Below are positions 48,943 through 58,379 of a DNA stretch of 64,000 bases, in pieces. The DNA is taken from assembly GCA_965197475.1 (NCBI GenBank), contig CBDANF010000002.1, positions 704,001 through 768,000 of the forward strand. Reading direction: 5' to 3'. The notes beneath the pieces were generated by a model. That model did not search any database. It worked only from the letters and a program-made list of their open reading frames with translations, and was not told the origin of the DNA. The first letter of the stretch is position 1. Every line of letters begins with the position of its first letter. Source of the DNA: Candidatus Poribacteria bacterium (GTDB lineage: Bacteria; Poribacteria; WGA-4E; WGA-3G). Both the position numbers and the translations under genes were made by a program.

Positions 48943-51723
48943 TTAGAAAGTTTGCGTCAAACGTGCGATTGCTAACCTGCCAATTTCCGGAGTTCCGACA
49001 AATTGCTGATGTTTGTAATCCATCAGATTTTGGACAGTCACCGAAAGACGTGGCTTGGGACCGAGTGGAATATCATAGCCAGTGCTTAGATCAACCGTAT
49101 AGTACGATTCGACTTCGCCAACATAAACACCGGATCGGACAGGAAAGCCTTGCACATAACGCGCGCGGAGTCCGACTCCTAATCCAAGCCCCGTGTTAAT
49201 ATATTGAACATTCGCACCGTACTTGTTCTTAGGTGCATTTAGGGCAATGTCACCGATTCCATCAACGTTCTCAAAGAGGTCTTTGCTGACAAACGAATAA
49301 TTTGCGCCGAGACTCCAACTCGGATTGAGAAAAAAGGTGAAATTCAGGTCTAATCCGTTGAGCGAAATGTCGCCGTAGTTGCGATAGGTCAACATGACTG
49401 CATTTGGGTCTGTCGCCTGTTCGGGTGTCACCGTGCCAAACGGAATGTAAGCGGCACCGTTATTTGCGGTCCCTGCTACGAACAACGTAACCAATTCATC
49501 AATAGGTGAACCGTTCCCATTTCCACCTTGAGTGGGTGCATCAAACGCCATTAGTGCTTGCCCAAGTATTGCATTTTGAGGATCGGCTAATGCTGCCCCG
49601 ATCTGTTGGCCGAGGGAAGCTCTCAACGTTGTCGCATCAAGGAACACATTGGGGGTTTCTACGAACAATGGACCGATGAAATTGTTAATTCTTGAATGGT
49701 AGACATCAACAGAAAAAGCTAACTGTTTCAGAAAAATCCCTTTGTAACCGACCTCATAAGTCTGCGTGATGGTCGGCTCAAGTGCGTCAACATCATTCAC
49801 ATCTTCAACGTCAATGAAGCTTGCTGTCTGTGGATCAAGCGACTGTAAGACATTTTTCACACCTGCTACCTGTTGAGGGATGAGGTTTTCAAAACCTTCG
49901 GATAGAGATGTGATTATTGGTTCTGGAAATTGTTGTGCGGCTAAACCTGCTTCGAGTCGCGGCTTCAACTCACTCATGACAGCAGTGCGCGCTACGTTCC
50001 ACATAACGTTGGTGAAAGTAGGACTATCAAGCGGGATGAAATTATCACCTGAGGGTGAGAAGGGTGAACGAAATTCTGGGAGTCCATTGGTACTTCTCTT
50101 GAAGGTGAATCCTGTTTCTGAAGGGACACCTTGTGCCCGAATGTCAATTCCTACTTTAAACGGGTTTTCTGTTGACAGTATATCAAGAAACAGGTTTGAA
50201 GTTCCGGGGGTATTGAAAGCACGGTTATAGGTTGCCCTCAGGTTATGGTCATCATTTGGTTGCAACGCAAGTGCAACTCTCGGTGAAAGCACAATATCGT
50301 TGAGATGGTTGTGATTATCCGCTCTACCGGCAGCAATTAACTTGAGCTGCGGCAAGATATTGGTTTCCGACTGCAAATAAACACCTACTTCGTTGATACT
50401 GTCTTTATCTTCATTGACACCATTAATCGTGCCACCAGTATCGGGGCGGGTAAGCAACACATCCAATCCGTAAGTAAAACGTTGCACATCCCCAATGCCA
50501 TAACTGTGTTGAATCTGACCTACATATAGGTTGGAATTATCGACAGTTGGCAGCCCTGTTCGGAGCACATAAGTATCGCCAGCATCACTCCGATTCAGAA
50601 AGGCTTGTGCAAACAGGTCCTTATAAATGAAACGAGCTTGGGCATAACCGTAAGTCCAGTTTTTAGCTTGTCCCGCACCGATTCCTGTTAGTTCAATCCC
50701 GGAGGCTTGTGTTAAACCACTGGCGAGAATCACAGATGTTTCGTCACTTGGACTATAATCGACTCGAAATTCGCCCCTTGCGTGTGAGGTGTCAAATAAA
50801 GGCTCCAGTTCGCCTTCAATGTCCTCTTTCGCACGTCCCTCTTCCCAATCATGTCCTCGGGTATAATTCGCTGTCAATTTGTAGCCAATCGTGTCATTGA
50901 TGACACCTGCATGCCGCAGCGAACCGATGAGAAGACTCCGTTCACCGCCGCCAATGCTAACAGTTGTGCCTTGAGAAGTAAACGGAGAGCGGGTGAGGAT
51001 GTGCATTACACCGTTGGCACTGTTTGGACCATACAACGCTGCACCAGGACCAGATACGACTTCAATCTGCTCAATGTCCTCGCTTATGGTAGGAATGAGT
51101 GTGTAAGCATTGACACGCAGCGAAGGAACACTTGCGATCCGATTGTCCACAAGCGACAGAAGGTTCCCTGAAAACACGTTGTTAAAACCGCGCACGACAA
51201 CATACGAGGTGCTGATCCCAGAAGTCACAACATCCACTGCACGTAACGACTTTAAGTGCTCCGTGATACTCAACGAGACTCGGTCTTTGATCTCAGAATC
51301 ATCAAGAAGGGCAACCGATGCTGGTGCCTCAAGGACTTTTTCCTTACGACGTGATGCCGTAACAGAAACCTTTTCAAGTTCAATAACTTCGGAAGCGAGT
51401 GAAATTTCTACCGATTTGGTTTCATCTGCAGCAAGCGCAACATCCGTCATTACCTTTTCAGCGTACTCTTGAGAAGATACGGTAATTGTGTAGACACCCG
51501 CAGCTAAATCAACTAATGTAAGTGCGCCATTCACATCGCTTACACCTTTAGCAACATCGCCGGTTTTAGGTGTAGTGGTGATAGAGACATTGTTCAGTTT
51601 TTTTCCTGTTTGGGCATCTATCACCGTAATGTTCAAGGTAGCAGCTTGCACTGATACTGTAGCGACTCCCAAGATAACGCATAAGGCGAACACCGTTAGA
51701 TTAACTAAGCTCAATTGTTTCAT
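48943..51723 (-). CDS. TonB-dependent receptor with N-terminal carboxypeptidase-regulatory-like domain
   Basis: Signal peptide; VTASR, IEV..GP.AALYG.N...GV plug motif; terminal Phe; AAGGAG RBS before 51723. Confidence 0.93.
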   Translation of the reverse strand: MKQLSLVNLTVFALCVILGVATVSVQAATLNITVIDAQTGKKLNNVSITTTPKTGDVAKGVSDVNGALTLVDLAAGVYTITVSSQEYAEKVMTDVALAADETKSVEISLASEVIELEKVSVTASRRKEKVLEAPASVALLDDSEIKDRVSLSITEHLKSLRAVDVVTSGISTSYVVVRGFNNVFSGNLLSLVDNRIASVPSLRVNAYTLIPTISEDIEQIEVVSGPGAALYGPNSANGVMHILTRSPFTSQGTTVSIGGGERSLLIGSLRHAGVINDTIGYKLTANYTRGHDWEEGRAKEDIEGELEPLFDTSHARGEFRVDYSPSDETSVILASGLTQASGIELTGIGAGQAKNWTYGYAQARFIYKDLFAQAFLNRSDAGDTYVLRTGLPTVDNSNLYVGQIQHSYGIGDVQRFTYGLDVLLTRPDTGGTINGVNEDKDSINEVGVYLQSETNILPQLKLIAAGRADNHNHLNDIVLSPRVALALQPNDDHNLRATYNRAFNTPGTSNLFLDILSTENPFKVGIDIRAQGVPSETGFTFKRSTNGLPEFRSPFSPSGDNFIPLDSPTFTNVMWNVARTAVMSELKPRLEAGLAAQQFPEPIITSLSEGFENLIPQQVAGVKNVLQSLDPQTASFIDVEDVNDVDALEPTITQTYEVGYKGIFLKQLAFSVDVYHSRINNFIGPLFVETPNVFLDATTLRASLGQQIGAALADPQNAILGQALMAFDAPTQGGNGNGSPIDELVTLFVAGTANNGAAYIPFGTVTPEQATDPNAVMLTYRNYGDISLNGLDLNFTFFLNPSWSLGANYSFVSKDLFENVDGIGDIALNAPKNKYGANVQYINTGLGLGVGLRARYVQGFPVRSGVYVGEVESYYTVDLSTGYDIPLGPKPRLSVTVQNLMDYKHQQFVGTPEIGRLAIARLTQTF

Positions 51724-51963
51724 TACATTCAACTCCTTTATTGAGAAATATTGATGGTTGCCGTTTAATAAGCAACATATCAAAAACCAATATCAACGTT
51801 GGGATAGTTCACGAATCGTTTGTGTCAAAAGTGGTTTGCTAAAGATCAAAGCCCCCCCACGATTTATGACAGTGCTTAAGTATTACAAATCTCAAAAGAA
51901 AAATCAAACTTTTTCTGATAAACCAAATTTTGCTTGCGTATACACAGCAAATTCCTTTGCGAC

Positions 51964-52923
51964 CTACCTTGATAGAAATTGTTCAATCTCCGAATGGTTT
52001 GGTAGGGCAGGAATTACGCCGACCTTCTGAGTTGCGAATGCTCCCGCAGCATTCGCATACCGCATAATAGTATCAAGTTGATCTTTTTCAAGCGATGCGA
52101 GGTCATCAATATGCTTCATCAGTTGTGTGAGCATGGCAGCAACGAACGCATCACCTGCGCCAAGCGTATCCACCACCTCAACAGCAAAACCATCGACATA
52201 CCCTTCAGCAGTACCGTTTGTGTAATAACACCCTTGCTCCCCTAATGTGACAACAAGCAACTTCACGCCGAGTCCGAGAATGCGCTCAACGCCTTGCTTC
52301 AATTCAACATCGCCTGTAACAAACTCCCACTCTTCTTCTGAAATTTTGACAACGTCTGCATAAGGCATCACTTCCCATATCCAGTGCTTGGCATCGTCAG
52401 GGTTGTCCCAGAGCATCAACCGCAAATTAGGATCGTAGGAGATAAACGCATCAGCGAACTTTGCGCATTGAATCGCTTTGAGTGTTGCTTCACGGGTCGG
52501 TGAATGACTGAGGCTAACAGAACCGTAATGAAACAGTTCCGCCGATTGGATATAGTCTGTGTCAATCTCATCGGGTGAAAGTTGGATGTCGGCACCCGGA
52601 TGTCGATAGAAGGTAATATCTTTTCTGCCATCGGAGCGGATAGCGACGAAGGCTAATGTGGTACGAGAGGTTTCCCCTGCAATGAGATACGCTGTGTCAA
52701 CACTGTTCTGTTGAAGCGTTTCAGTCAGGAAATCACCAAACGGATCTGCGCCGACCTTGCCGATGAACCCGGCATCTACGCCGAGTTTGGCTAATCCAAC
52801 GGCAACGTTAGCAGGTGCACCACCTGGGGCTTTAACGAATCCTGGAGCTTCGGCAAGGGTTACATCAGGCGTTGTAGATACAAAATCGATGAGAAGTTCA
52901 CCGATACATAAAGCTTTTGGCAT
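51964..52923 (-). CDS. PfkB-family carbohydrate kinase (fructokinase-like)
   Basis: GGAPANVA, YDPNLR, DTLGAGDAF. Confidence 0.93.
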   Translation of the reverse strand: MPKALCIGELLIDFVSTTPDVTLAEAPGFVKAPGGAPANVAVGLAKLGVDAGFIGKVGADPFGDFLTETLQQNSVDTAYLIAGETSRTTLAFVAIRSDGRKDITFYRHPGADIQLSPDEIDTDYIQSAELFHYGSVSLSHSPTREATLKAIQCAKFADAFISYDPNLRLMLWDNPDDAKHWIWEVMPYADVVKISEEEWEFVTGDVELKQGVERILGLGVKLLVVTLGEQGCYYTNGTAEGYVDGFAVEVVDTLGAGDAFVAAMLTQLMKHIDDLASLEKDQLDTIMRYANAAGAFATQKVGVIPALPNHSEIEQFLSR

Positions 52924-53011
52924 AAGGGTTTATTCCTCTAAAATGTGGACATAAGGTTTACGCGTATTTAAAGGTTGATATATCTGTCCCATAGACTATA
53001 TTCATGTTAGC

Positions 53012-54907
53012 TTACCTCGGTGGGACATCCCACAAAAGCACAGTTCCATCCGTGCTGGCACTTGCGATTGTGCGCCCATCCGGACTGAAGGAGACTTCGT
53101 TGACGACAGAACTATGCCCTATGAAATTCCATACTGGTTCACTTACTGAGACATTCCATACAGTCACAGTTCCATCCCTATTTGCACTCGCAACTACGTG
53201 TCCATCGGGACTAAAACAGACGTTTTCCACCCAACCGCCAGTTTCACCCTTTAGTTCTTTTCGGAGGCCGAACAATGAAATTGGGAGCAAACGCACCCCG
53301 TTGTGACCACCGGATACGATTTGTCTGCCATTTGGTGCAAAACTCACACCATTCCCGAGATTGTCTGCGATGATTCTTGAACGTTTACCAGTAGCAGCAT
53401 TCCATAATTGTATCTTGTTCGTATCAGTTACGATTTTCCGACCATCCGGTGAAAAACGCACGGTGTTAACAATTTTTTCATGAGGTAGTGTTATTAGGTG
53501 TTCGCCAGTGGCAGCATTCCACAAACGTACCGTAGTGTCCCAACCACCACTCGCGATTTTTCGACCATCTGGTGAGAAATGAACGCTCAGGACAATTCCT
53601 GTATGCCCTTCAAGAGTTCTCAAGGGTTTACCCGTAGGGATATCCCACAAAAGCACCGTCTTGTCTTCACTACCACATGCAATTGTTTTACCATCTGGCG
53701 AAAAACAGACGCTTCTGATCGTGGAGATATTCCCTCCAAAGGATTTTAAATGTTCCCCAGTAATAGCATCCCATAAATGGACAACCCTTTCTTCGCCTCC
53801 AGTAGCGATTTTCAGTCCATCTGGAGAAAATTGAACACTGCTAACTCTACCGGTATGTCCTGTCAGTGTCTTACGAAGTTCCCCTGTAGCGACATCCCAA
53901 AAATACACTTCGTTTTCGCTTGCACTCGCCAACGTTTTCCCATCCGGTGAAAAACGGATGTTTTTGATATTATTACTGGATTCTTCAATAGATTTTAGAA
54001 GTTCTCCCGAAGCAACATCCCAAAAACGCATCTCGTAGTAACCCACGCTTGCTAATGTTTTGCCATCTGGTGAAAAACTAACGCCTTCGACCGAAGATCT
54101 ATGGGCATTTAGTATATTCAACTGTTTACCGGTAGCAACATCCCAAAAACGCGCTGTAGCGTCTTTACTTGAACTCACAAGTGTTTTGCCATCTGGTGAA
54201 AAACTAATGCTGGTGACATTGCCCGTATGCCCTTTAAGTATATATAAAGTGGCACCTGAGAGAACATCCCACAAATATATCGTGCCACCCTCTTTATAAT
54301 TTTCGCTTTCGGTTGCAGTGGCGAGCGTGCGACCATCTGGCGAAAACCGGATGCTACTAACAGAGTTGGTGTGTCTTGTTGACCTCTTTAGAAGTTCCCC
54401 TGTAGCGGTACTCCACAAACGCAAATGTCCATCATGACCTCCCGTTGCAAGTATTGTTCCATCCGGTGAGAAACTAATAGCGGCAACCCATAAAGTATGT
54501 CCCTTAAGTGTTTGTAAGAATTTTCCATTGGTAACGTCCCATAAACGAACTGAACCTTTATGAACACCGGTTGCAACTCTTGTCCCATCCGGTGAAAGAC
54601 TCCCACTCCAAACAAAATCCTTATTGTTCGTAAATAGTGCCAATTCCTCAAGCGTCTCGGTATCGTAAAGCCAAGTCCCTATGGAACTGGTAACCGCAAA
54701 CTGCTTTCCATCTGCTGAATATTCAATTCCATATATCCAACCTTTGCCAAGACGTGCTTTGGCACCCTCAGGTAAACTGAGTTGTGTAGACGGTGTATAA
54801 TTAGTATCTAAAGCTTCTGGCAAACGTGTGTTCTGCTGACAAGCAATGCTGCCAGCAAGGATCAGGAAACCGACAATTAAAACGATTTTCTTTGTACGTG
54901 TGAACAT
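53012..54907 (-). CDS. WD40 repeat lipoprotein (about 12 repeats)
   Basis: Lipobox SIAC; LPEGAKARLGKG lead-in; many GHT..V.S..FSPDG..IA...D....LWD units. Confidence 0.93.
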   Translation of the reverse strand: MFTRTKKIVLIVGFLILAGSIACQQNTRLPEALDTNYTPSTQLSLPEGAKARLGKGWIYGIEYSADGKQFAVTSSIGTWLYDTETLEELALFTNNKDFVWSGSLSPDGTRVATGVHKGSVRLWDVTNGKFLQTLKGHTLWVAAISFSPDGTILATGGHDGHLRLWSTATGELLKRSTRHTNSVSSIRFSPDGRTLATATESENYKEGGTIYLWDVLSGATLYILKGHTGNVTSISFSPDGKTLVSSSKDATARFWDVATGKQLNILNAHRSSVEGVSFSPDGKTLASVGYYEMRFWDVASGELLKSIEESSNNIKNIRFSPDGKTLASASENEVYFWDVATGELRKTLTGHTGRVSSVQFSPDGLKIATGGEERVVHLWDAITGEHLKSFGGNISTIRSVCFSPDGKTIACGSEDKTVLLWDIPTGKPLRTLEGHTGIVLSVHFSPDGRKIASGGWDTTVRLWNAATGEHLITLPHEKIVNTVRFSPDGRKIVTDTNKIQLWNAATGKRSRIIADNLGNGVSFAPNGRQIVSGGHNGVRLLPISLFGLRKELKGETGGWVENVCFSPDGHVVASANRDGTVTVWNVSVSEPVWNFIGHSSVVNEVSFSPDGRTIASASTDGTVLLWDVPPR

Positions 54908-54934
54908 AGTAAACCTCTTATGTTGATGGACACT

Positions 54935-55935
54935 GAAGTCATATTGAGTAAAACATAAGGATGTGGTAGAATAGGGAAAGAAAAGGATATAGTTTATGTC
55001 CCTTTTTTCACTGGACATCCACATTTACTTTATGAAAGGTTTTATTATGGCAGACGAAACTCAAAAGGTTCCGAGATACAAAGGTATTCCCAAGCAGGTT
55101 TCCCGCAAGGATTTTAATCGTTATATCTTGCCCCATCTAAAGAAACGAGTGAAAGGGCCAAAGCCCAAACTCTCCTTCTATAAGATATTCAACTATATCC
55201 TCTATGTTTTGCATACTGGCATTCAATGGGAGCGGCTCCGCACACGGCGTTCTGAACTCCATTGGTCTAATGTCTATAAATGGCATAATAGATGGTCAAA
55301 AGACGGCTCTTATCAGAAACTTTTTGAAGCGTCTATCATACATCTGCTTGATACCGATCAACTTGACACCTCTCAACTTCATGGTGATGGGTCAAATACC
55401 GTCGTAAAAAAAGGGGCAATGGCATCGGTTATTCGGGACACAAACATCAGAAAGGTGAAAAAGAACTGACCATCACCGACAATCAAGGGTTCATCGTCAG
55501 TCCGATAACCACTAAACCGGTCAATCACCATGGGACAACGATTTTGCCCGAAGCATTCGCAGATTTTATCACCTTTACCCATCGCATTGGGATGGATCTC
55601 AGCGCATCTGCGCTAACGCTGGATTCCGGTTTTGATTCCAAAGAGAATCATAAGATTATCAAAGAACACGGACTTATCCCAGTGATCTATCCGAACCGAC
55701 GGAATGCCAAAGAACCTATTGTCATCGCTCGCAAGTTCCGGTGGTTTAGCAAAGATATGGACAAAAACCGATATAAAGTAGAGCGAACTTTCGGTTGGCA
55801 AGGGACTTATCGGAAACTCGCTCTTAGCTACGATAAACTTAAAGAAACCCGTTTAGGTTTTCGTTATTTAGCATATTCAATGATAAACTTTCGGGGGACT
55901 TTCAACGATGCTTAGCTCGTACTCGCTATGAGTTC
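54935..55935 (+). mobile_element. IS5-family IS; transposase 55047-55915 via a -1 frameshift at A7G4
   Basis: Imperfect TIRs GAAGTCATATTGAGTA / TACTCGCTATGAGTTC; 3-bp ACT on both flanks; LHTGIQW, HGDG, LDSGFD, RYKVERTF.W. Confidence 0.9.
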
Positions 55936-56021
55936 ACTGTAATCTCATACTTTTCAGCAAGGTTTCGGAGGTCCTGACCTACAATTGTTGATAATTTCTG
56001 AATTGCTTCTTGTCTTTCCAT
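55936..56021 (-). pseudogene. 5' stub of a probable MutH/Sau3AI-family restriction endonuclease
   Basis: RBS plus MERQEAIQKLSTIVGQDLRNLAEKYEITV directly after the MTase stop; ends at the IS5 junction. Confidence 0.55.
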
Positions 56022-56023
56022 GG

Positions 56024-57046
56024 CTATTCCTTATCACCAATTGTTTTTGTGTCATCCTTAAATAACCTATTGGATAACTCATCAATCCGCATTTGCGCAA
56101 TTTGGTTATATGTTTCGTCCTTCTCAATCATTATCCATCTCCTGTTATGTTGCTCTGAAACGACTGCTGTCGTTCCAGCTCCTGAGAATGGGTCAAGGAT
56201 GAGATCGCCTTTATCTGTTCCTGCTAATATAATGCGATTGACGACTGCTACAGGTTTTTGAGAAGGATGTTTACCATGCTTGCGTTCCGATGGTTTGGTC
56301 AGCGGAATTTCCCACATGTTTCGCATCTGCTTACCATGGTTCATCGCCTTCATAGTTTCATAATTGAATGTCCAATTTTTGGCTTTCTTGCTTTCATTGT
56401 TGACAGCCCAAATGATAAATTCGGTAGACTCGGTAAACATTCGGCAGGTAATGTTAGGTTGCGCATTAGGTTTATACCAAACAATTTGAGAGATAATCCG
56501 CCTGTCAAAAAAGTTTTGAAGTATGAAACCAATTGTAAAGATGCAGTGAAAAGACCCAAAAATGAATAAATTTCCGTTCGTCTTCAGCACTCTCAAGACT
56601 TCTCGGATCCAATTAACCGTGAACTGGAAATAGTCGTCCTTTGAAAAAATATCCCACTGTTCCTGCATTGTGACATGGGAACTAAATGCCCAGCCCAATC
56701 CTTTCTTTTTCGACATATTAAACGGCGGATCAGTGGCACAACAATCAAAGACTCCATCAGGGAAAGTAGAAAGAATTTTTAAGCAGTCGCCTGATACAAT
56801 TTGATTAACAGGAAGGTTGTCGGTTGTTCCTCCTAAAAGTGTTGGTGAATATTCTATATTTTCAGAGGAAGGATCGTGAATTTCACTCTCCGCAATAGCG
56901 GGTGATATTTTTGTTTTTTTCAGTGGGTGAGTTCCTGTTGAAAGATACTCAATCAATTGTGCCTTCTTTAACGAAGAGTACCCTTTCAATCCGCGTTTTT
57001 TGAGTTCTTTTCTCAGCTCTATGTTTCGCATTTGATGGAAATTCAT
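56024..57046 (-). CDS. Beta-class N6/N4 DNA methyltransferase (DpnA-like) with N-terminal Rho_N/SAP-like domain
   Basis: TDPPFN before DPFSGAGTT; PNITCR.FT.STE.IIWA, GKQM..W, KHPSQKP; N-terminus ELRKELKKRGLKGYSSLKKAQLI. Confidence 0.9.
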   Translation of the reverse strand: MNFHQMRNIELRKELKKRGLKGYSSLKKAQLIEYLSTGTHPLKKTKISPAIAESEIHDPSSENIEYSPTLLGGTTDNLPVNQIVSGDCLKILSTFPDGVFDCCATDPPFNMSKKKGLGWAFSSHVTMQEQWDIFSKDDYFQFTVNWIREVLRVLKTNGNLFIFGSFHCIFTIGFILQNFFDRRIISQIVWYKPNAQPNITCRMFTESTEFIIWAVNNESKKAKNWTFNYETMKAMNHGKQMRNMWEIPLTKPSERKHGKHPSQKPVAVVNRIILAGTDKGDLILDPFSGAGTTAVVSEQHNRRWIMIEKDETYNQIAQMRIDELSNRLFKDDTKTIGDKE

Positions 57047-57094
57047 CTGTTTAATTTTATCCTTTTAAATGTTTCGTGTCTCTAAAAGTTGATC

Positions 57095-57295
57095 TCAGAC
57101 TGCACAAGCAGCGTACTTCATTGCCTCTTGGACATCAGCAATCTCCAATTCTGGATACATCTCAATAATATCATCAATTGACTTATCGCTGGCTAACAAC
57201 TTGAGAATCACACTTACTGTGATTCGGGTGCCTCGAACCACAGGTTGCCCAAGACAAATCTTAGGATTAATCTGGATCCGATCTAATTTTTCCAT
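57095..57295 (-). CDS. DUF433-domain (antitoxin-like) protein
   Basis: RIQINPKIC.GQP.VRGTRI.V...YPEL...DV..A..YA; GGAGG RBS. Confidence 0.9.
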   Translation of the reverse strand: MEKLDRIQINPKICLGQPVVRGTRITVSVILKLLASDKSIDDIIEMYPELEIADVQEAMKYAACAV

Positions 57296-57306
57296 TTCTA
57301 CCTCCA

Positions 57307-58332
57307 CTAAACTGATATTTGAACAACCTCTCCCGTTTCAATACTACGACTAATCGCCTCCAAAACGCGCATGTTCTGATACGCATCTTCAAGACTTGAG
57401 TGAGGTTGTGTGCCTGCTTGCAACGATTGTGCCCAATGCCGCATCTCTTCAAGATAACCCGGTCTGCCGATACCATGGTATGCAGTATTGAGATCCCACG
57501 TTTCTGCAGGCGTATCGGCATAGCCACCGCCACCGCCACTGCCAAGCCATGTCGGGGCACGGTAACGGCGCAACTTGCGTGTTTCAAACACCTGAATTGC
57601 CTGATTGTTCGTGCCTTTGATGAAAACCATCGCTTCCAAGACCGGACCGGTGCCAAGTGTCATCGTGCCGATGCCACCGTTTTCGTAACGTAGGTTCACG
57701 GACATTGAAACGGTGGCTGATGCAGAATCAATCTTGCCCATCGCAAAGACTTCACTGACCTGGCCCATAAAGAACCGCATGCAATCTGTAGGATGAATGA
57801 CTTGGTCAAGCATGAAGGGCCAAGCAAATGGTGATCCTGCCTGATTAAGCCGAGGACCTGGGGCAAGATAACGTGTATGGTATTGACACGTTGTTCCAAA
57901 ATCATCTTCATCAATCAACCTTTTGGCGATCTGATGCGCGGGCGCATGTCGCCACATTGTGCCGACCATACCCGTTTTGCCTGTTTCAACAGACGCATCA
58001 ACAAGCATCTTTGCACCTTCAGCGGTAGTCGCAGGTGGTTTTTCGGTATAGATATGATAACCCTGTTGCAGACATGCAATGCCTATATCGCGATGTAGTT
58101 TGTCCTCAGGTCTGCCTACTACTGCGACTGCGTAAAGGTCTTCATTTTTGAACATCTCATTGTAGTCGGTGTAGTGGCGTAGCGCGCCAAATCTCCGAGC
58201 GTTTGACTTCGCCTTTTCTTCCACGAGGTCACACGTAGCAACAAATTCAAACTCAGGGATCATCGGGATACACTGTTGCAACTGCGATGACATCCCGCCA
58301 CAACCTATAAAAGCTATTCTAATTTTGTCCAT
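57307..58332 (-). CDS. Gfo/Idh/MocA oxidoreductase
   Basis: IGCGG, TEKPP, HPTD. Confidence 0.9.
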   Translation of the reverse strand: MDKIRIAFIGCGGMSSQLQQCIPMIPEFEFVATCDLVEEKAKSNARRFGALRHYTDYNEMFKNEDLYAVAVVGRPEDKLHRDIGIACLQQGYHIYTEKPPATTAEGAKMLVDASVETGKTGMVGTMWRHAPAHQIAKRLIDEDDFGTTCQYHTRYLAPGPRLNQAGSPFAWPFMLDQVIHPTDCMRFFMGQVSEVFAMGKIDSASATVSMSVNLRYENGGIGTMTLGTGPVLEAMVFIKGTNNQAIQVFETRKLRRYRAPTWLGSGGGGGYADTPAETWDLNTAYHGIGRPGYLEEMRHWAQSLQAGTQPHSSLEDAYQNMRVLEAISRSIETGEVVQISV

Positions 58333-58379
58333 AAATTATTCGACTCCAATTATAGCAAAACTTGTAATTTCTTGGGCAT

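Noticed and set aside
54908-55024. N-terminal extension of the WD40 ORF to 55024
   Set aside because: Runs into the IS5 end; the signal peptide and lipobox start at ATG 54907
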